Origin: Lingula anatina
Taxonomy: Eukaryota > Animalia > Brachiopoda
Direction: 5' to 3'
Length of the DNA stretch: 64,000 bases
NCBI GenBank assembly: GCA_051362555.1
Contig: CM120640.1
Location: 43,254,788 to 43,318,787 of the forward strand
In this document: positions 1 to 13,600 of the stretch, in pieces
How positions within the stretch are numbered: position 1 is the first letter of the stretch
Layout: each line of letters starts with the position of its first letter
Notes under the pieces: model-generated
The model's database searches: none
What the model saw: the letters and a program-made list of their open reading frames with translations, nothing else
What the model was told of the DNA's origin: nothing
Position numbers and translations under genes: made by a program

Positions 1-141
1 AAACTTTACTTTTCAGCCACCTCTTTTCAGCTACATTGTTCTTTAATACTGTTTTCTTTCCCTCTCTGTCAACTGCTAGTCTTTTTTTTAAATTCTTTCT
101 TCTCTCTCCTTTCCAACCCTTACCTTCTTGCATCTCCATAT

Positions 142-396
142 TATGTCCCATTCTTAAAATTTTTCTTCTCATTTACAGACTTTCAGTTGCAATAATTTCC
201 TCACTTTTTCAGTAAAAGCTGGCGAAGTGATGATAGTTTTATGGCAGTGAAATGTTGATGACTATATATGTCCCATTCGTAATATTTTTCTTCTCTTTAA
301 CAAACTCTCAAAGTTGTGATAATTTCCTCAGTTTTTTCAATGAAAGCTGGCGAAGTGATGATGGTTTTATGGCAGTGAACTGTTGATGACTATATA
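142..396. repeat. Two-copy ~126-bp tandem duplication
   Basis: tatgtcccattc...aaagctggcgaagtgatgat.gttttatggcagtgaa.tgttgatgactatata occurs twice. Confidence 0.9.
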
Positions 397-836
397 CACA
401 GTAATGTTACTGTTATTGTTGGTCAAGTTCGAATCATCTGTGTACAGCATCTACTTCTTTGACATTTTTATACACATAGAGATTGTCACATTTTCCATTC
501 ATTTACAGTGTATCCTTAAATACTGTGAAGTCCTTCACTCAAGCACCAAGGACTAAATACCTCGAGTTGAATTATCTGGATGCTCTTGACAAATCATGAC
601 TAGGTCAGGCCATGCACTAGATTTTCACCATATCTGAGATCAAAATTCATAGTACTCGCTGCCTTATTAACATTTCTAAATATCAGCAATATTGTTTTTC
701 AGTCACATATTTTCTTGGAAGCCCCCATATGTTCATAACTGTCTGACATAATACAGTTCCAGTCAGTAACATTACAACTATTCATACTGGCAGGAGCTTG
801 TAAGTTCACCAAGGGGGCCCCCACACTCCTTCCTTT

Positions 837-3800
837 TTATGAGGATGCCTTAACATGAAGTGGAATGACAAACTTGTGACCGAATGGCGACTGGTAAGTT
901 ATCCCTAACTGTTTAAAAATAGCTTTAGGGAGTCCCAGATCACACAGATAGATCTGTCCACAATTATCTGGCAAGTTCAGAGGCAGTCCCAGACACATGG
1001 ACCATTTATTTTGTATGTCGCTGCCTCCATCAGCTGGTGGGTCCATGGCCATTACTGGGGCTTTGCTCTGGTTGGTCCAATTAACAATGGTGGTGTACCA
1101 TGGTTGACTGCGGAGGTGTTTATTCTCACCATTGTCCAGGCAGTTGATTATTATGTCAACTGGGAATGTAGGAAGGCCTGGAAGAAGGTCATGTTTAATA
1201 TCATAGTCTTTTCAAAATAATGTCAACAATAACACAAAATAAAAAGTGTGTGTGTATGTATGTGTGCATGCACGTGTCTGTGATTTGGACTTTTTAAAAA
1301 ATACTACTCCTGGTCTTTGTTTTCATCTCAACATACCACTTGGATCGGAAGTCTTCTTTCCACTGGTCAATTCAAACAAAGCTATCTCTTCCGCCAGCCA
1401 GTTCAACATCTTAAGAAAATTTGGCACAAAGAGGATCACATTGACATTGTGGTTGGCTAGCTGCCTTGCACACGACACACCCTGAGCACCTTGCATATGT
1501 GGCCCACATAGCACCACCACTGTGGGGCGCTGGTGAGCATTACGAGGATTGAGTCTACAAAAAAAGAAGGAAAAAGTTTTGTGTTTATTCATCATGATGT
1601 TAACTTCAACAGTAACAAGTGGCTACCCTGTGGCATTATGCCAACTAAAGGCAATACTTGGTATCACAACACATATGCCAACAAACTGCAGATTAAAAAA
1701 AAAACATACTTCTAATTATAGATAATGAAATTCTTACTAGACTATTTTATTTAATGAATTACATTTTTCAGTATTTTTTTTAAATGAAAAGCTATCATTA
1801 CTTAAATCAGTGGGTCTTCTGAATACACAACATGCCCACTGCAACCACCTGTCTTACCTGTGTGCACCACCAAGAAGCTGCAGCACCATTTCACATGCAG
1901 ATCTACCCACAACTTCCAGCAAGCGCTCTGTCTTAAATCCAGCTTTTTCCGCTTTCTCGAATAGTTTATTGCGTAAATCTTGTGGAATGCAAGGAACAAC
2001 CAAACCGGCATCTAAAGACGATTGAAAATCAACCTATTCAAATAACTGTACAAAACAATTTACTCCTGTTTAAAATTCTGATAATATTTCCTGTATGTTT
2101 GGAGAAAATGCATAATTTACATACAGGCTAGCAGAGTTTACATTATTGAACAAAACAATAACACTTTCACCGACTTCTTCAATAATCATTTCTGTCTTTT
2201 TCTCAGTTGTATTGGTTTTCTACATGCAAAGATACATCTGTATCTTTCTTAAAAGTAAATGATTAAATATTATAACAACAAACCATCTTATATTATAGTC
2301 AGTTCTACCTGTGACATAATCTTTCTCCATTCCACTACTGGCACTGGATTTAATTTTGATCTGCCTCAGTTCCACAGGCCCAGACTGCAAAACATTTTCA
2401 TCACACCGGTATTTTGGAGGCTGCTTTTGTGCAGCTATCTGCATTTCAGCAGGATAAGAAGAACTCTCAATCTCCTCAAACACAGCCTGCTTATCAAATA
2501 AAGCTAAGTTTTTCTCAAAGTCAAATTCTCCTAAAAATGACTGAGACGGTGCACTGAAGCACTCTTCCCTTGGAGTATTACGGCGCCGACCTTCTATCTT
2601 TTTAGGAGTGCTGCGACCACGACCACCTCTCCCTGAATTTGTTTTAGTGTCTGATGCTGAAAACCAGTTATGTGTCACTATGATTAAATGACATTTAAAA
2701 TGAGATCAATCAAAATAAATCAATTATAAGTTACAGATCTACTTATAAAAGTTAAATGTTTTCTTAAAACATGATGACCTTGGACTGCAATTATAGATTT
2801 ACTTTAAAACAAGGCAGCAAAGCTGTCAAATGTACAGACAAAAAACAGGAAATAACTATGCACAAAATAGGCTACTGTCAATTCTGATGCAAAATTTTAA
2901 TGATTGAATCTGACAAACTGCAATGATATGAGTTTATTTCCATTTTTGAAACTTTATTACACAATACACGATAACAAGTTTACCATCATTTTTACATAAT
3001 CAACTAATAATGTTGTAAAATTGCAGGAAATGCCAAACAAACACTTTTACGTTTCTTATTAGTTCAATAATGAAACTGTTTACATGCCTAAGAATTGAAT
3101 CTGAGGAAATGTGAAAAAACTGCATTTCTTTAAAATAATGGCCCGATTATGCTGATTTTTGAACTCAACCTGCGTTTTAGCAGGAATGACCACTCCTGTG
3201 AGTTTAATGACAATTGGCCTATCTGTTTTTCTTATATTGTGTTTACAGTGTTGCATATATGCTGAAAAGTGAAAAAAAAAGCATAACTACTAAAATAGTG
3301 CCCCGATCATGCCGATTTTCGAAGTTGACCTGCGTTATAGTAAGATCGATTAATCCTGTGAGTTTCATGACACAAAGCTCATCGGTTTTCCTTGAAATGT
3401 GTTTACAGTGTTGCATATATGCTGAAAAGTGAAAAAACAGCATAACTTCTACATTAATGGCCCGATCATGCTGATTTTTGAACTTGGTCTGCATTTTATG
3501 AATATTCATCAGCTCTGTAAATATACAGCCAAAAAGTAAAACTGCCTTCCACTTATCGTGTTTACAATGAAAGTGCATGGCGCCGGCGCCAGTGACGGCG
3601 ACGACGGCTACGACAGACGCAGGTGATGGCAATATGTATAGACACATCTCTACATATTAACTGTACTGTTTGAGAACAGTATGTGACATGGTTTTTCTTA
3701 AATGGTCATCATGGGAGCAGTGCCCAAAATAGGTTTTTTTCAAATTTTGATGCAATATTACATAATGTTTAACAGCATAATGATCATCAATTTTTAATAA

Positions 3801-5629
3801 TAAAATATTAGTATCATGGACAAATAGTAAACGTGACTTACAAAGGTTTTTAGGCCGATGGAACTTCAAAGTCACACCTTAACAATGCCAAAATGTAAAC
3901 AAGACTGCACTGTTCTGAAATGGGTTTATTTCCATTTTTAACACTTTTTTTAACATAAAACAAAATTAATAGGTTACTGCCATTTTTATACGATCAACTA
4001 AGAAAATTGATGAGATGTGAAAAATATCAATAGAACAGTGTTAAATGTCCAATTTCTTCCATTCTGAGATTCTGAACATAGTGAATGATTGAATCTGACA
4101 AACTGCAATGATATGAGTTTATTTCCATTTTTGACACTTTATTACACAATACACGATAACAAGTTTACCATCATTTTTACATAATCAACTAACAATGTTG
4201 TAAAGATGCAGGAAATGTCAAACAAACACTTTTATGTATCTTATTAGTAAAATAATAAGACTGTTAACATGCCTAAGAATTAAATCTGAGGAAATCTGAG
4301 GAAATGTGAAAAAACAGCATAACTTCTAAAATAATGCCCCGATTATGCTGATTTTCGAACTCAACCTGCGTTTTAGTAAGACTGACCATTCCTGTGAGTT
4401 TAATGACAATGGGGCTTTCTGTTTTTCTTATATTGTGTTTACAGTGTAGCATATATGCTGAAAAGTGAAAAAACCGCATAACTACTAAAATAGTGGCCCG
4501 ATCATGCTGATTTTCGAACTTAACCTGCGTTTTAGTAAGATTGATTACTCCTGTGAGTTTCATGACAACAGGCCTAACGGTTTTCCTTAAAATGTGTTTA
4601 CAAGGTTGCATATATGCTGAAAAGTGAAAAAACAGCATAACTTCTACAATAATGGCCCGATCATGCTGATTTTCGAACTTGACCTGCGTTTTATGAATAT
4701 TCATCAGCTCTGTAAATATAAAGCCAAAAAGTAAAACTGCCTTCCACTTATCGTGTTTACAAGGAAAGTGCACGGCGCCGGCGACGGCATCGGCATCGGC
4801 ATCGGCGACGACAGACGCAGGTGATGGCAATATGTACAGACACATCTGTGTCTGTACATAAAAATCTGGTTAAAGAAATTAGTGAAAAGACAATGTTAAG
4901 TCTCCTCAGCTTAAATGATGCTTCAACTATTACTACTAACCAGACCCAGAACGCTTTCTGAATGAGTCTGCTTCTCTTGTTGAAGACACACTGTAGTTGT
5001 ACTGATCATTTCCATTTGGAAAACCATTAACTCCTTGACCATTCACTCCCTGGTAACCATTGGACCTTCCATTCCTTCTCCCAGGATCATTACTAGCTTT
5101 GGGTTTCAGAGGTGTGGTATCCAAATACCCCTCTCCTGCATCAGCAGCATTAGGTGGAGTAACATGTCCATTCTTGACTTTATGTCTTATTGCTGGAAGC
5201 TCTTCAGCTTCAGTGGATGTCTTCAAAATCTTTAAATCTTGAATGTCTATTGCACTGCAAAGAATAGGCAACTAACAGATTTAAAAATATTATCACTTCA
5301 TCTACTGAGATATGAGAATCAATATGCAGTTCACAATTTTTTGACAGATTTGGGTCTTATTGATAAAAGATCCAGCAAACCTTTTGCAGTTTTTCAAACA
5401 GTTATTTGGCACCAAATTCAAAATCTTAATTTTAACAATTTGTATTGGTCATTTCTTGTGCATACCTAAGTGTAACTGTTGGGACCTCACACAGCATTCC
5501 ATTGCGAAAGGCTTTAATTAATGTAATAGACTGGTCTTCCCTGTTGACCAATGACACTTGACCCTGGTAAGTCCCCAAAGTGTCACCACAGTCAACAGAG
5601 ACAACACAACCAATCCAATCTTCAGACAT
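837..5629 (-). CDS. EDC3: Enhancer of mRNA-decapping protein 3 (LSm + FDF + YjeF_N), 6 coding exons, ~512 aa
   Basis: Exons 5466-5629, 4941-5254, 2309-2656, 1858-2011, 1337-1554, 837-1177 join through GT-AG introns into 1539 nt in frame. N-terminal LSm (MSEDWIGCVVSVDCGDTLGTYQGQV), FDF motif (EFDFEKNLALFDKQAVFEEI), YjeF_N (VVVLCGPHMQGAQGVSCARQLANH...LCDLGLP). Confidence 0.95.
2806..4865 (-). mobile_element. Helentron-associated non-autonomous element (HINE/DINE-1-like), partly dimeric, in EDC3 intron 2
   Basis: Palindrome tatgtacagacaca-tc-tgtgtctgtacata at 4831-4860 next to an A-run; matching subterminal atgtacagaca at 2830-2840; short hairpin ggcagc-aaa-gctgtc at 2813-2827; gcgacg/ggcatc microsatellite; ~160-bp internal repeats. 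A second, decayed end lies near 3580-3655. Confidence 0.75.
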
Positions 5630-6409
5630 TCTGAAAATTAATAAATAGCCATATATATAGTATAACTCCCTAGATTATTTTTCCAAACATATGTGTTGTG
5701 CTGAACAAATAACATTCATATGGTCTCTTCAGACTTGTTATCCCTGGTATTATGAAAACTTCAAGATGTTTCAGAAAACAAGGACATTGGTTTAGATAGT
5801 GAAAGAACTATGGTAACAAAATTGAGCACAATAAGGAGTACATATGGGTACTTTGGTACTCTGGTGTACCTGATAAACCTTTGGTACGTCTATACGTGCA
5901 CCTGAATTTGTAAATGATAAATGGGCTCCCAACTTGAAGAAAAAAAAACTGGTCATTGGGAACCTACAACGCCGAGAAGCAGAAGAGCCGACAAGAGAAG
6001 CGCCTGGCTGAGCCTACCACCGCGAATCTTCATACAAGGTTGCGTTTGCCCCAGTTTTCGGTGTTACACGCTACAAAGTATGCACTTTACATATAAAGGC
6101 ATAAACTGAGACAAAGGTTGTATAGCACAGCTGAGGTTAACCGAACACTGACAAAGATATTTGATAATAGATTCAATGAGAAACTGACTCACTACTTGTT
6201 TTTTCTCGAAAAACGATGTCATACTTACTGTATATAATATTCGATGGTGAAAAAAGAATCCCAAGAAGTTTCAAACAACACAATGAGTTTCGGTGAGCTA
6301 ATATTTTCCAAGATTGATAACTACTTCCTATCAAAACAAACAAAACTTTCGTGAAATATCATGGCGGATCCAAACTGTCGCTTACAATATGATTAAAAAG
6401 ATCGAAGCA

Positions 6410-6565
6410 TCTTACTTGTCACTTTGAGCTATTACGTGGATTAACCTTAAACATTATCAAAAATATTATCAAGTCAAACTTTAGTATGGTAACAAAAGCA
6501 GAAAAACGGTACATTTCGTGTATTATTTAATCGCTTAAAACAAATTAAGAAACTTCCGCTTCCGC
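6410..6565 (-). promoter_or_regulatory. Probable EDC3 non-coding first exon/promoter
   Basis: Minus-strand donor gtaag near 6411-6415, an acceptor immediately upstream of the ATG at 5629, and tandem ETS-like cttccg motifs near 6552-6564. Inferred; no transcript data. Confidence 0.4.
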
Positions 6566-6747
6566 TTTATCTCTTTAACTCTAGTAATTAGCTTGCACAA
6601 AGGTCACATGTTGAATATAAACTTAAATTTTTACCTTTGATGTGAAAAACATTTTAAATAAACAATTATATCTAAAAGCTAATGATATCGTCATTTCAGT
6701 GCATATAAACTATTATTATTTTAAGAAGCCGCATGGTCTCAAGCATC

Positions 6748-6820
6748 GGTTCAATAGTGTAGTGGCTATCACGCTCGCCTCACACGCGAGAGGTCCTGGG
6801 TTCGAACCCCAGTTGAACCA
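6748..6820 (+). tRNA. tRNA-Val (anticodon CAC)
   Basis: Acceptor stem ggttcaa/ttgaacc, A-box tagtgtagtgg, anticodon arm ctcgc-ct-CAC-ac-gcgag, T-loop ggttcgaacc, followed by a T-run Pol III terminator near 6828-6833. Confidence 0.96.
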
Positions 6821-8515
6821 TCGTATGTTTTTTCCTTTCCATGTTGGAAAATCGTGGTAACAACAAGTGATACAGATGCTGACCTGACGCATATTGACAT
6901 TTTCTATCAACATTGCTAAAACGCTTCCCTACACAAGCTGCATTTGCTTAAATGTTCGTATGGCATGAAGTGTAGTGGTAAATAAAATTATAGTTCTATC
7001 ATTATAGCTCTAGAGTGGGAATCACTCACATTGTTAGGAGCCTTGGAACTTGTGTCAAACAATGTTTCAAAAAGGGTATATTTAAGAAATACCAGAAAAT
7101 GAAATGGAATAAATTGGAGAAATATCATATTACATTATTTCTTGAAAAATTGTATTTACACAGGCACGTCCTGCTTACTGTGCTTTACAGACTGGATAGA
7201 ACACAAGTAAGTTAAATTTATGACCAAAATTTGAAGAATGTGCAGTTATAAAGCCTTTTTCTGCTACCTGCAAGATTAGCAATACCTTAGGGCAGTTGGA
7301 AGATAGTGGTAGTAGTTTGAATTTGATAATAACTGTTAAAAGTATATTCTGAAGGCATTTTCAAGCCTTTGGCAATTTCCGTAAAGCTTCCACACGCCTG
7401 ACAGGTATCATATATTGTCAATAACACCACATCAGATAGCAGGATTTGCTTGTCCAATCTTAACCTCTTTGGCTGCCTACCACAGCAAAGAGGGTTGAAT
7501 TCCCACTCATTCTCGTTATTCTCTTTTATTATTTTTTTAATGTATTATTATAAATATATATTAATGTAAAATGATTGTTGATAATTCTTTTTGCACATGA
7601 AGGCAGGGAAGAAAGGTTGGTTTTTATTTTTATTGCATCTCTTATCATGGTTCAATGGTTGTTGTGACAGGTATCAGCTAGGTTGATGTAATATGAAAGG
7701 CATTTACTATTAGAAGACTTACGTAACATTATATATCTTTGATGAAAAAACAAAATCCCAGATACTCTTAGAAATGGTTTATTAATACAGATTCAAATAT
7801 CTTGAACTTTTTGATAATTAGTTAATGCATTCTTGTCATTCTCTACAGACCCGAGCTTGAACACATTAAGTAGAAAACAATACAATACAATGAGAAGTAT
7901 TACAACTTGATATATTGGTAAAAGACCAAAAATGGTTATTTATCTCACTGGAAATGCTTCTATTCTTATGCCCGTATTTTAAAGAAGTGGTAAAGCTGTT
8001 TTAACATTTAAAAATGTACAGACATGATAAGTTATTTTTGTCAACTTTAATGCAATTTTACATGGTAATTAACAGCAATTCAACATCCAATTTCGCAACA
8101 GGTAAAACAAACATTAAGGATATGTAACTGACATAGGGCTTCCAGTGTTGCATTTGACAAGCTCTAAAAAATGCAACAATTAAGTGCTCTCTAGCTTTTA
8201 TGATTCTGGAATAACTGAGAGTTTTCAGTTTTTGCATCTAAAGGCTGCTTCTCCTATAAAATTACACCAATTGTCATTGACCCCAAACTCGGAAAAGGAA
8301 ACCCCAAGAGTAACTTTTCACCATAATATCAAAGCAAATCACCTCAAAGAAATATTTTTCTACAGAAAATTTAAATTTCCACAAAATTTTGGACCATTTG
8401 AACTTGAAATAAGGTCAAATACAAGATCATATTTGAAATCCCCATATGACTTTGAGATTTCCAATAATTCCTTCCATTTGGGAGACATTTAACATTTACT
8501 TTAAAAATATGCTGC

Positions 8516-8559
<44 letters not shown>

Positions 8560-8561
<2 letters not shown>

Positions 8562-8742
8562 AACTTTTGGAAATTTTGTTTGATCATGCTGACCTTCCAG
8601 CTTAACCTGTATTTCAAAAATATTCATCAGTTCTGTAAGTTAGAAGACAAAAGATCAAACTGTTTTTCATTTGTCAACTTATCACTGACAGTGCACAGCA
8701 GGCACAGCAGCGGCAACAGACAGAGGTGATGGCTATATCTAA
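8560..8742 (-). mobile_element. Decayed remnant of the same HINE family downstream of the TERF stop
   Basis: aatattcatcagttctgtaagt...agtgcac...acagacagaggtgatggctatat matches the ends of the 4865 and 14716 copies. Confidence 0.6.
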
Positions 8743-8855
8743 AATTGCTAAAAATTGTCATCATCTTTTTTCATCCCTACTGAGATATCAGGCAAAACTT
8801 ATTTACACTAATACCAGCTGATCCACCCAAGCTGAGCTTTTCTTTTCTTTTTAAG

Positions 8856-10580
8856 TTATTTTTCATCAACAGAATGGTTGTGCCATCGTTTTCTATTCAT
8901 CGTATTGTATTTGGCAAGCAATGCTGCTATAGATCTGTCTCTCAGATCAGGATATTGTTCCTTAATGACCTGCCACTGTCTGCCAAACTTTTTCACTCCA
9001 TCCCACAAACATGCTTCTTCTTTTGCAGTAAATGGCTTCTTATCATACCCACTTTTAGAAAACTGAGAAATGTCTACTTCATTGTTCAATATCAGGTTGC
9101 GCCATTTGTCTTTTAACTGTACATTTGTTCGTGATTGTAAATCAAATTTTTCCCTAATAACTGCCCACTGGCCTATTCCAAATTGTTCCACACCTTTAAT
9201 CAGACTCTGTACCTCTGCTGCCATCCATGGCTGCTTTAAACGTATTGAAGATGTAGAGGTGACTGACACATTGCTTGGAGACCTGGGTGGTGCCAGATTT
9301 CGGTCCACTCTTGGGCTTTGTCCTAGTTTGCACAGCTTGCTCTCAGCTAAAAATAAACAGCAGTATTTGTAATGCCTTCAATTTCTTTCTACTTTTTTTA
9401 AGTCCCCCCAGAACTCAAAATACTTGATTTAAGTTAAAGTATTAAGCATTTTAAATGAAACAATACATATTTAACTTAATTTGAACCCATAATGCCATTG
9501 TCATACTACGACATTATTGATGCAGGTACCACAAGAGCAACAAAATATATTAACATCAGAAGGTGAAGAATTGTTGTTAATGTACCATCATAATTTTAAA
9601 AATAAAATATAATACTGATAATGTCAATAATGTCATACTATGACATTATTGATGCTGGTACCACAAGAGCAACAAAAATATATTAACATCAGAAGGTGAA
9701 GAATTGTTGTTAATGTACCATCATAACTTTAAAAATCAAATATATATCCTTAAAAAAAAAACATTTTGCAAGTGGTGTTTGATAAACAATATAAATCAAG
9801 CATCTAACGAAAGTTTGAGGGCAGGCTCTAATAATTCACATTCTCCATACGATCACTCACCTTTTTGCTCTTTTGGGAACAATAATGCCCGAAACTCACC
9901 ATGGAAAAAAAAAAGGATTGTCAACACAACATGTACTTACGAGTAGTTTCTGCATCTCCAAACTCATTTAGGACTAGCTTGGTTATTTTTGGGGGGCATT
10001 TTCTGTAATAAATAGAAATAAATAATAGTTTCAAGTAATTTAAAATCCAAAGTTATATAAGTTATCAAAAATATACTGCCAGTCAGACTACCACTGCAAA
10101 ACAGTGTATTACCCTGACCACTTATCATAATCACATTTTTGCACATTACAGATACTACTACTACTACTAATAAACAAGTACATCTTTTGTGAAAATATGA
10201 GGTAGCATCACAAATGAGAAGCAATTTTTTACCTCTTTTCAGGACTTGGCATTTGGTCCCCTGAAAAAAAATAGCTGACATTTTCAAAGGAGTTATTTTT
10301 AAACATAAAAATCTTTGGTCTTATATACTACCTCCTGTGTACTGTACTGTTATTAACCAAGTCATACATCAATCTGTCTTTCAGCGCTTAAAGGGACAAT
10401 AACTCTTTGTATGAGATCTATATTTCACAATAAAAACATTATAAACAACTCATAGAAATATAATATATTCTGTTTTACCACAAAAACGGCAGTTGTAGCT
10501 ATTATTCTGATATCTGAACTTGTCATCAGACCACCTCCATAGATGGCTATTCTCTGTAATAATCTCTTAAGAGATTATTA

Positions 10581-10633
<53 letters not shown>

Positions 10634-13600
10634 AGGGACTAACTTACTTTGAAATGGAAGAAATGGACCCTTGGTAAAATGGAAAAATTGTTGTTAACTC
10701 CAGGAAAATTTATTTTTTGGCCAAAACAAACAGTTATTATCCCTTTAACAATTCTTAATTTTCATACCCAGTTTATAGTCAGTAATCTCTGGTTTCACAC
10801 AAATCCCAGCTCTAGCCTTTCATTCATTTTACTAACTTATATATTTTGTACCTGACAAGCATTATTTCAAAGGAAGCAAGTTTTGAAAAAATTGTGATGA
10901 TTAGCAGCAAACAACGGCCAACTATATGCACTACTTTACTATCACCACCCTTTTCTTCCACCCCTAAACAACATATATGTCTCACACATACACCTACCAC
11001 CATTGGATACACCTCCAGGGCCATGTTGTTCAGATGGCCGCTGAAATAAAGATGACATCTTTATTACAAACGTCATTGAATTTGTAATTCCCTTTACTTC
11101 ATGAAAATATTCCACAGCAACTTTATTTTTACAATGAGAAAAACTGGCAATCTTTCCTAAAAACAGAGAAACATCATTCAGCAGGGAGCAATCTTTCATC
11201 CAGAAATAAAAAACTTACAGAGAAAAAACTTTCTTAATTAAGTTCATCATGGTGTTCTGACTACAAAGCACAGTCCTAAATCACTGCACTCAGCTTGTGA
11301 TCTTCAATTCAAGAGAATAAAAACACACTGAAGACAGAAGGTAGTAATGCAATGTTTCAACATGCAGTTTTCATAAAAATAAAATCAACAACAACCCAAA
11401 ACTTTCTCACCATGCATTTTCTGATGTCCTCTAGTTTATTCTCTAGTCCTTGTATGACTTTGTTTATAGGATTGCCCTCAGGTTTAAGATAATCTGGTTC
11501 AATGACCCTGAAAAACAGTAACAGAACTGACGGATTATCATCCAGAATGATTAAATTGCCTTTTACATTTATAAAGGAAATTGTCAGTTAAAACATGAAC
11601 AGTGATGATCAAACTTTACTAGGAAATGCTATGCCTATATAATTATGATGTAAATGTAGCATCTGAACATCCAATATTACATTATGTAATCAAGCATGCC
11701 AGCAATTAAAAGAATCTGGGATGAGATAAGTGAGAAAAGAATGCTGTAATACACACAGTTTTGGGAAAGAGTTTCCTATAACATCATCATACATTAGCCC
11801 ATTGAGTGAATGTTGTTAGTGTTAATCATATTTATCACATGAACCTATTATTCAAGTATTGCAAAACATGCATGAATGCATGCACAAATCACTCTTAACA
11901 GTACATACACAGTCTGGTATCTTGTCACATCAATGGCCAGGTCAACGGCTGCACTGTTGATTCTCCTTTTCTTAGCAGCAGTTTCACCACCTGCTGCACT
12001 ATTGACAAGTCCTAGGGAAGAGAAATACTCATCCCTAGTTTCTATATTAGTGTCCGTCTTCCGTTTCTTTGACATTAACTGAGTCCTGGGTGAGTTTACA
12101 TTGTGATCTTCATCACTTTCAGATGAAGGAAAATACTTCTTTTTGTTTTCAAGAACTTGTTTGGCCATCTAAAAAAAAATTGGTGCTTATAATATACTGA
12201 TAGTGAGGAAAATGAAAAGTATTTTGATTTCAAATGTCCTAAGAATAAATATAGATTTCAGTCACTACAGATTTTGCAAACAATATCCAGAGATTTAAGG
12301 TAAATTTATTTGTAGAAAAAACAGCAAAATATTCATTATCAGGCTTAATAAAATCAAACACTTACACTGATGATAAATGGGGTTTTAAAGCTGTCAACAA
12401 TGGGCTGTAGAAATGTTTGCACATTTTCTAATAGGGATTCATAGCTATGCTTCCTTAAGATTTTATTTTCTACATCTTTTGAAAGCAGGACTGCATCTAT
12501 TTCTGCTTTGTGAGACTGAAAATAAAGTTGCTTATTGAGACCAATTACAATACTGAAATCACATTTCTTTCTTTTACTTACTGAATAATCTTACAAAACT
12601 GCACAAAATGAACACATCTAGAAGTAACTACTTGAAAAATGCATCTGCATGTCTACATACATTAATAGCTTAGCTGTAAAAACAAACAAGGCAGCAAAGC
12701 TGTCAAATGTACAGACAAAGAACAGAAAATAAAGATGCAAATAAGTGAAAAATTAAATTTTCACAAAAAACTGTAAAATTGCCAGAAAAATTTACCAAAC
12801 AGACTGCGTTGCCTATTGAAGCTGTATGTTAGACCCATGTTTCTTTCCTGTAAGTTTGAGAACAGTAAGTGACATGATTTCCCTTAAATGGTCATCATAG
12901 GAGCAGTGCCCAAAATAGGGGTTTCTTCAAATTTTGATGCAACATTACATAATGTTTAACAGCATAATGACAATCAAATGTTATTAATAAAATATTAGTA
13001 ACATGGACATTCAGAAAATGTGACAAGCAAAAGTCTTCAAGATCATGGAACTTTAAAGTCACACCTTGAAAATGCCAATATGTGAAAAATTAAATTTTCA
13101 CAAAAAACTGTTTAACTGCAAAAAAAAAAAAAAAAAAAAAAAACAGACTGCATTGCCTACTGAAGCTGTATTTTAGTCCCATGTTTCTATCCTGTAAGTT
13201 TGAAAACAGTAAGTGACATGATTTTCCTTAAATGGTCATCATGGAAGCAGTGCCCAAAATGGGGGTTTCTTCAAATTTTGATGCAATATTACATAATGTT
13301 TAACAGCTTAATGACCATCAATTTTTAATTATAAAATATTTGTATCACAGATATTCAGAAAATGTGACTAGCAAAGGTCTTCAGGCCCATGGAACTTCAA
13401 AGTCACGCCTTGATAATGCCAAAATGTAAACAAGACAGCACTGCTCTGAAATGGGTTTATTTCCATTTTTAACACTTTTTTAACATAAAACAAAATAAAC
13501 ATTTTACTGCCATTTTTATATGTCCAACTAAGAAAATTGATGAGATGGGAAAAGTATCAATAGAACAGTGTTAAATGTCCAATTTCCTCCATTCTGAGAT

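Noticed and set aside
142-396. Tandem C/D-box snoRNAs (gtgatga motifs)
   Set aside because: No appropriately placed CTGA D box or terminal stem seen; best explained as a simple duplication.
3243-4845. ORFs 3243-3647 and 4273-4845 (134 and 190 aa) with repeated peptide motifs
   Set aside because: They lie within the HINE tandem monomers; the peptide repeats simply mirror the DNA repeats, and the 12684-14716 copy lacks the ORF.
6830-8850. Possible telomerase RNA or telomeric repeats near the TERF gene
   Set aside because: I saw no TTAGGG array or convincing CTAACCCT template in this interval.
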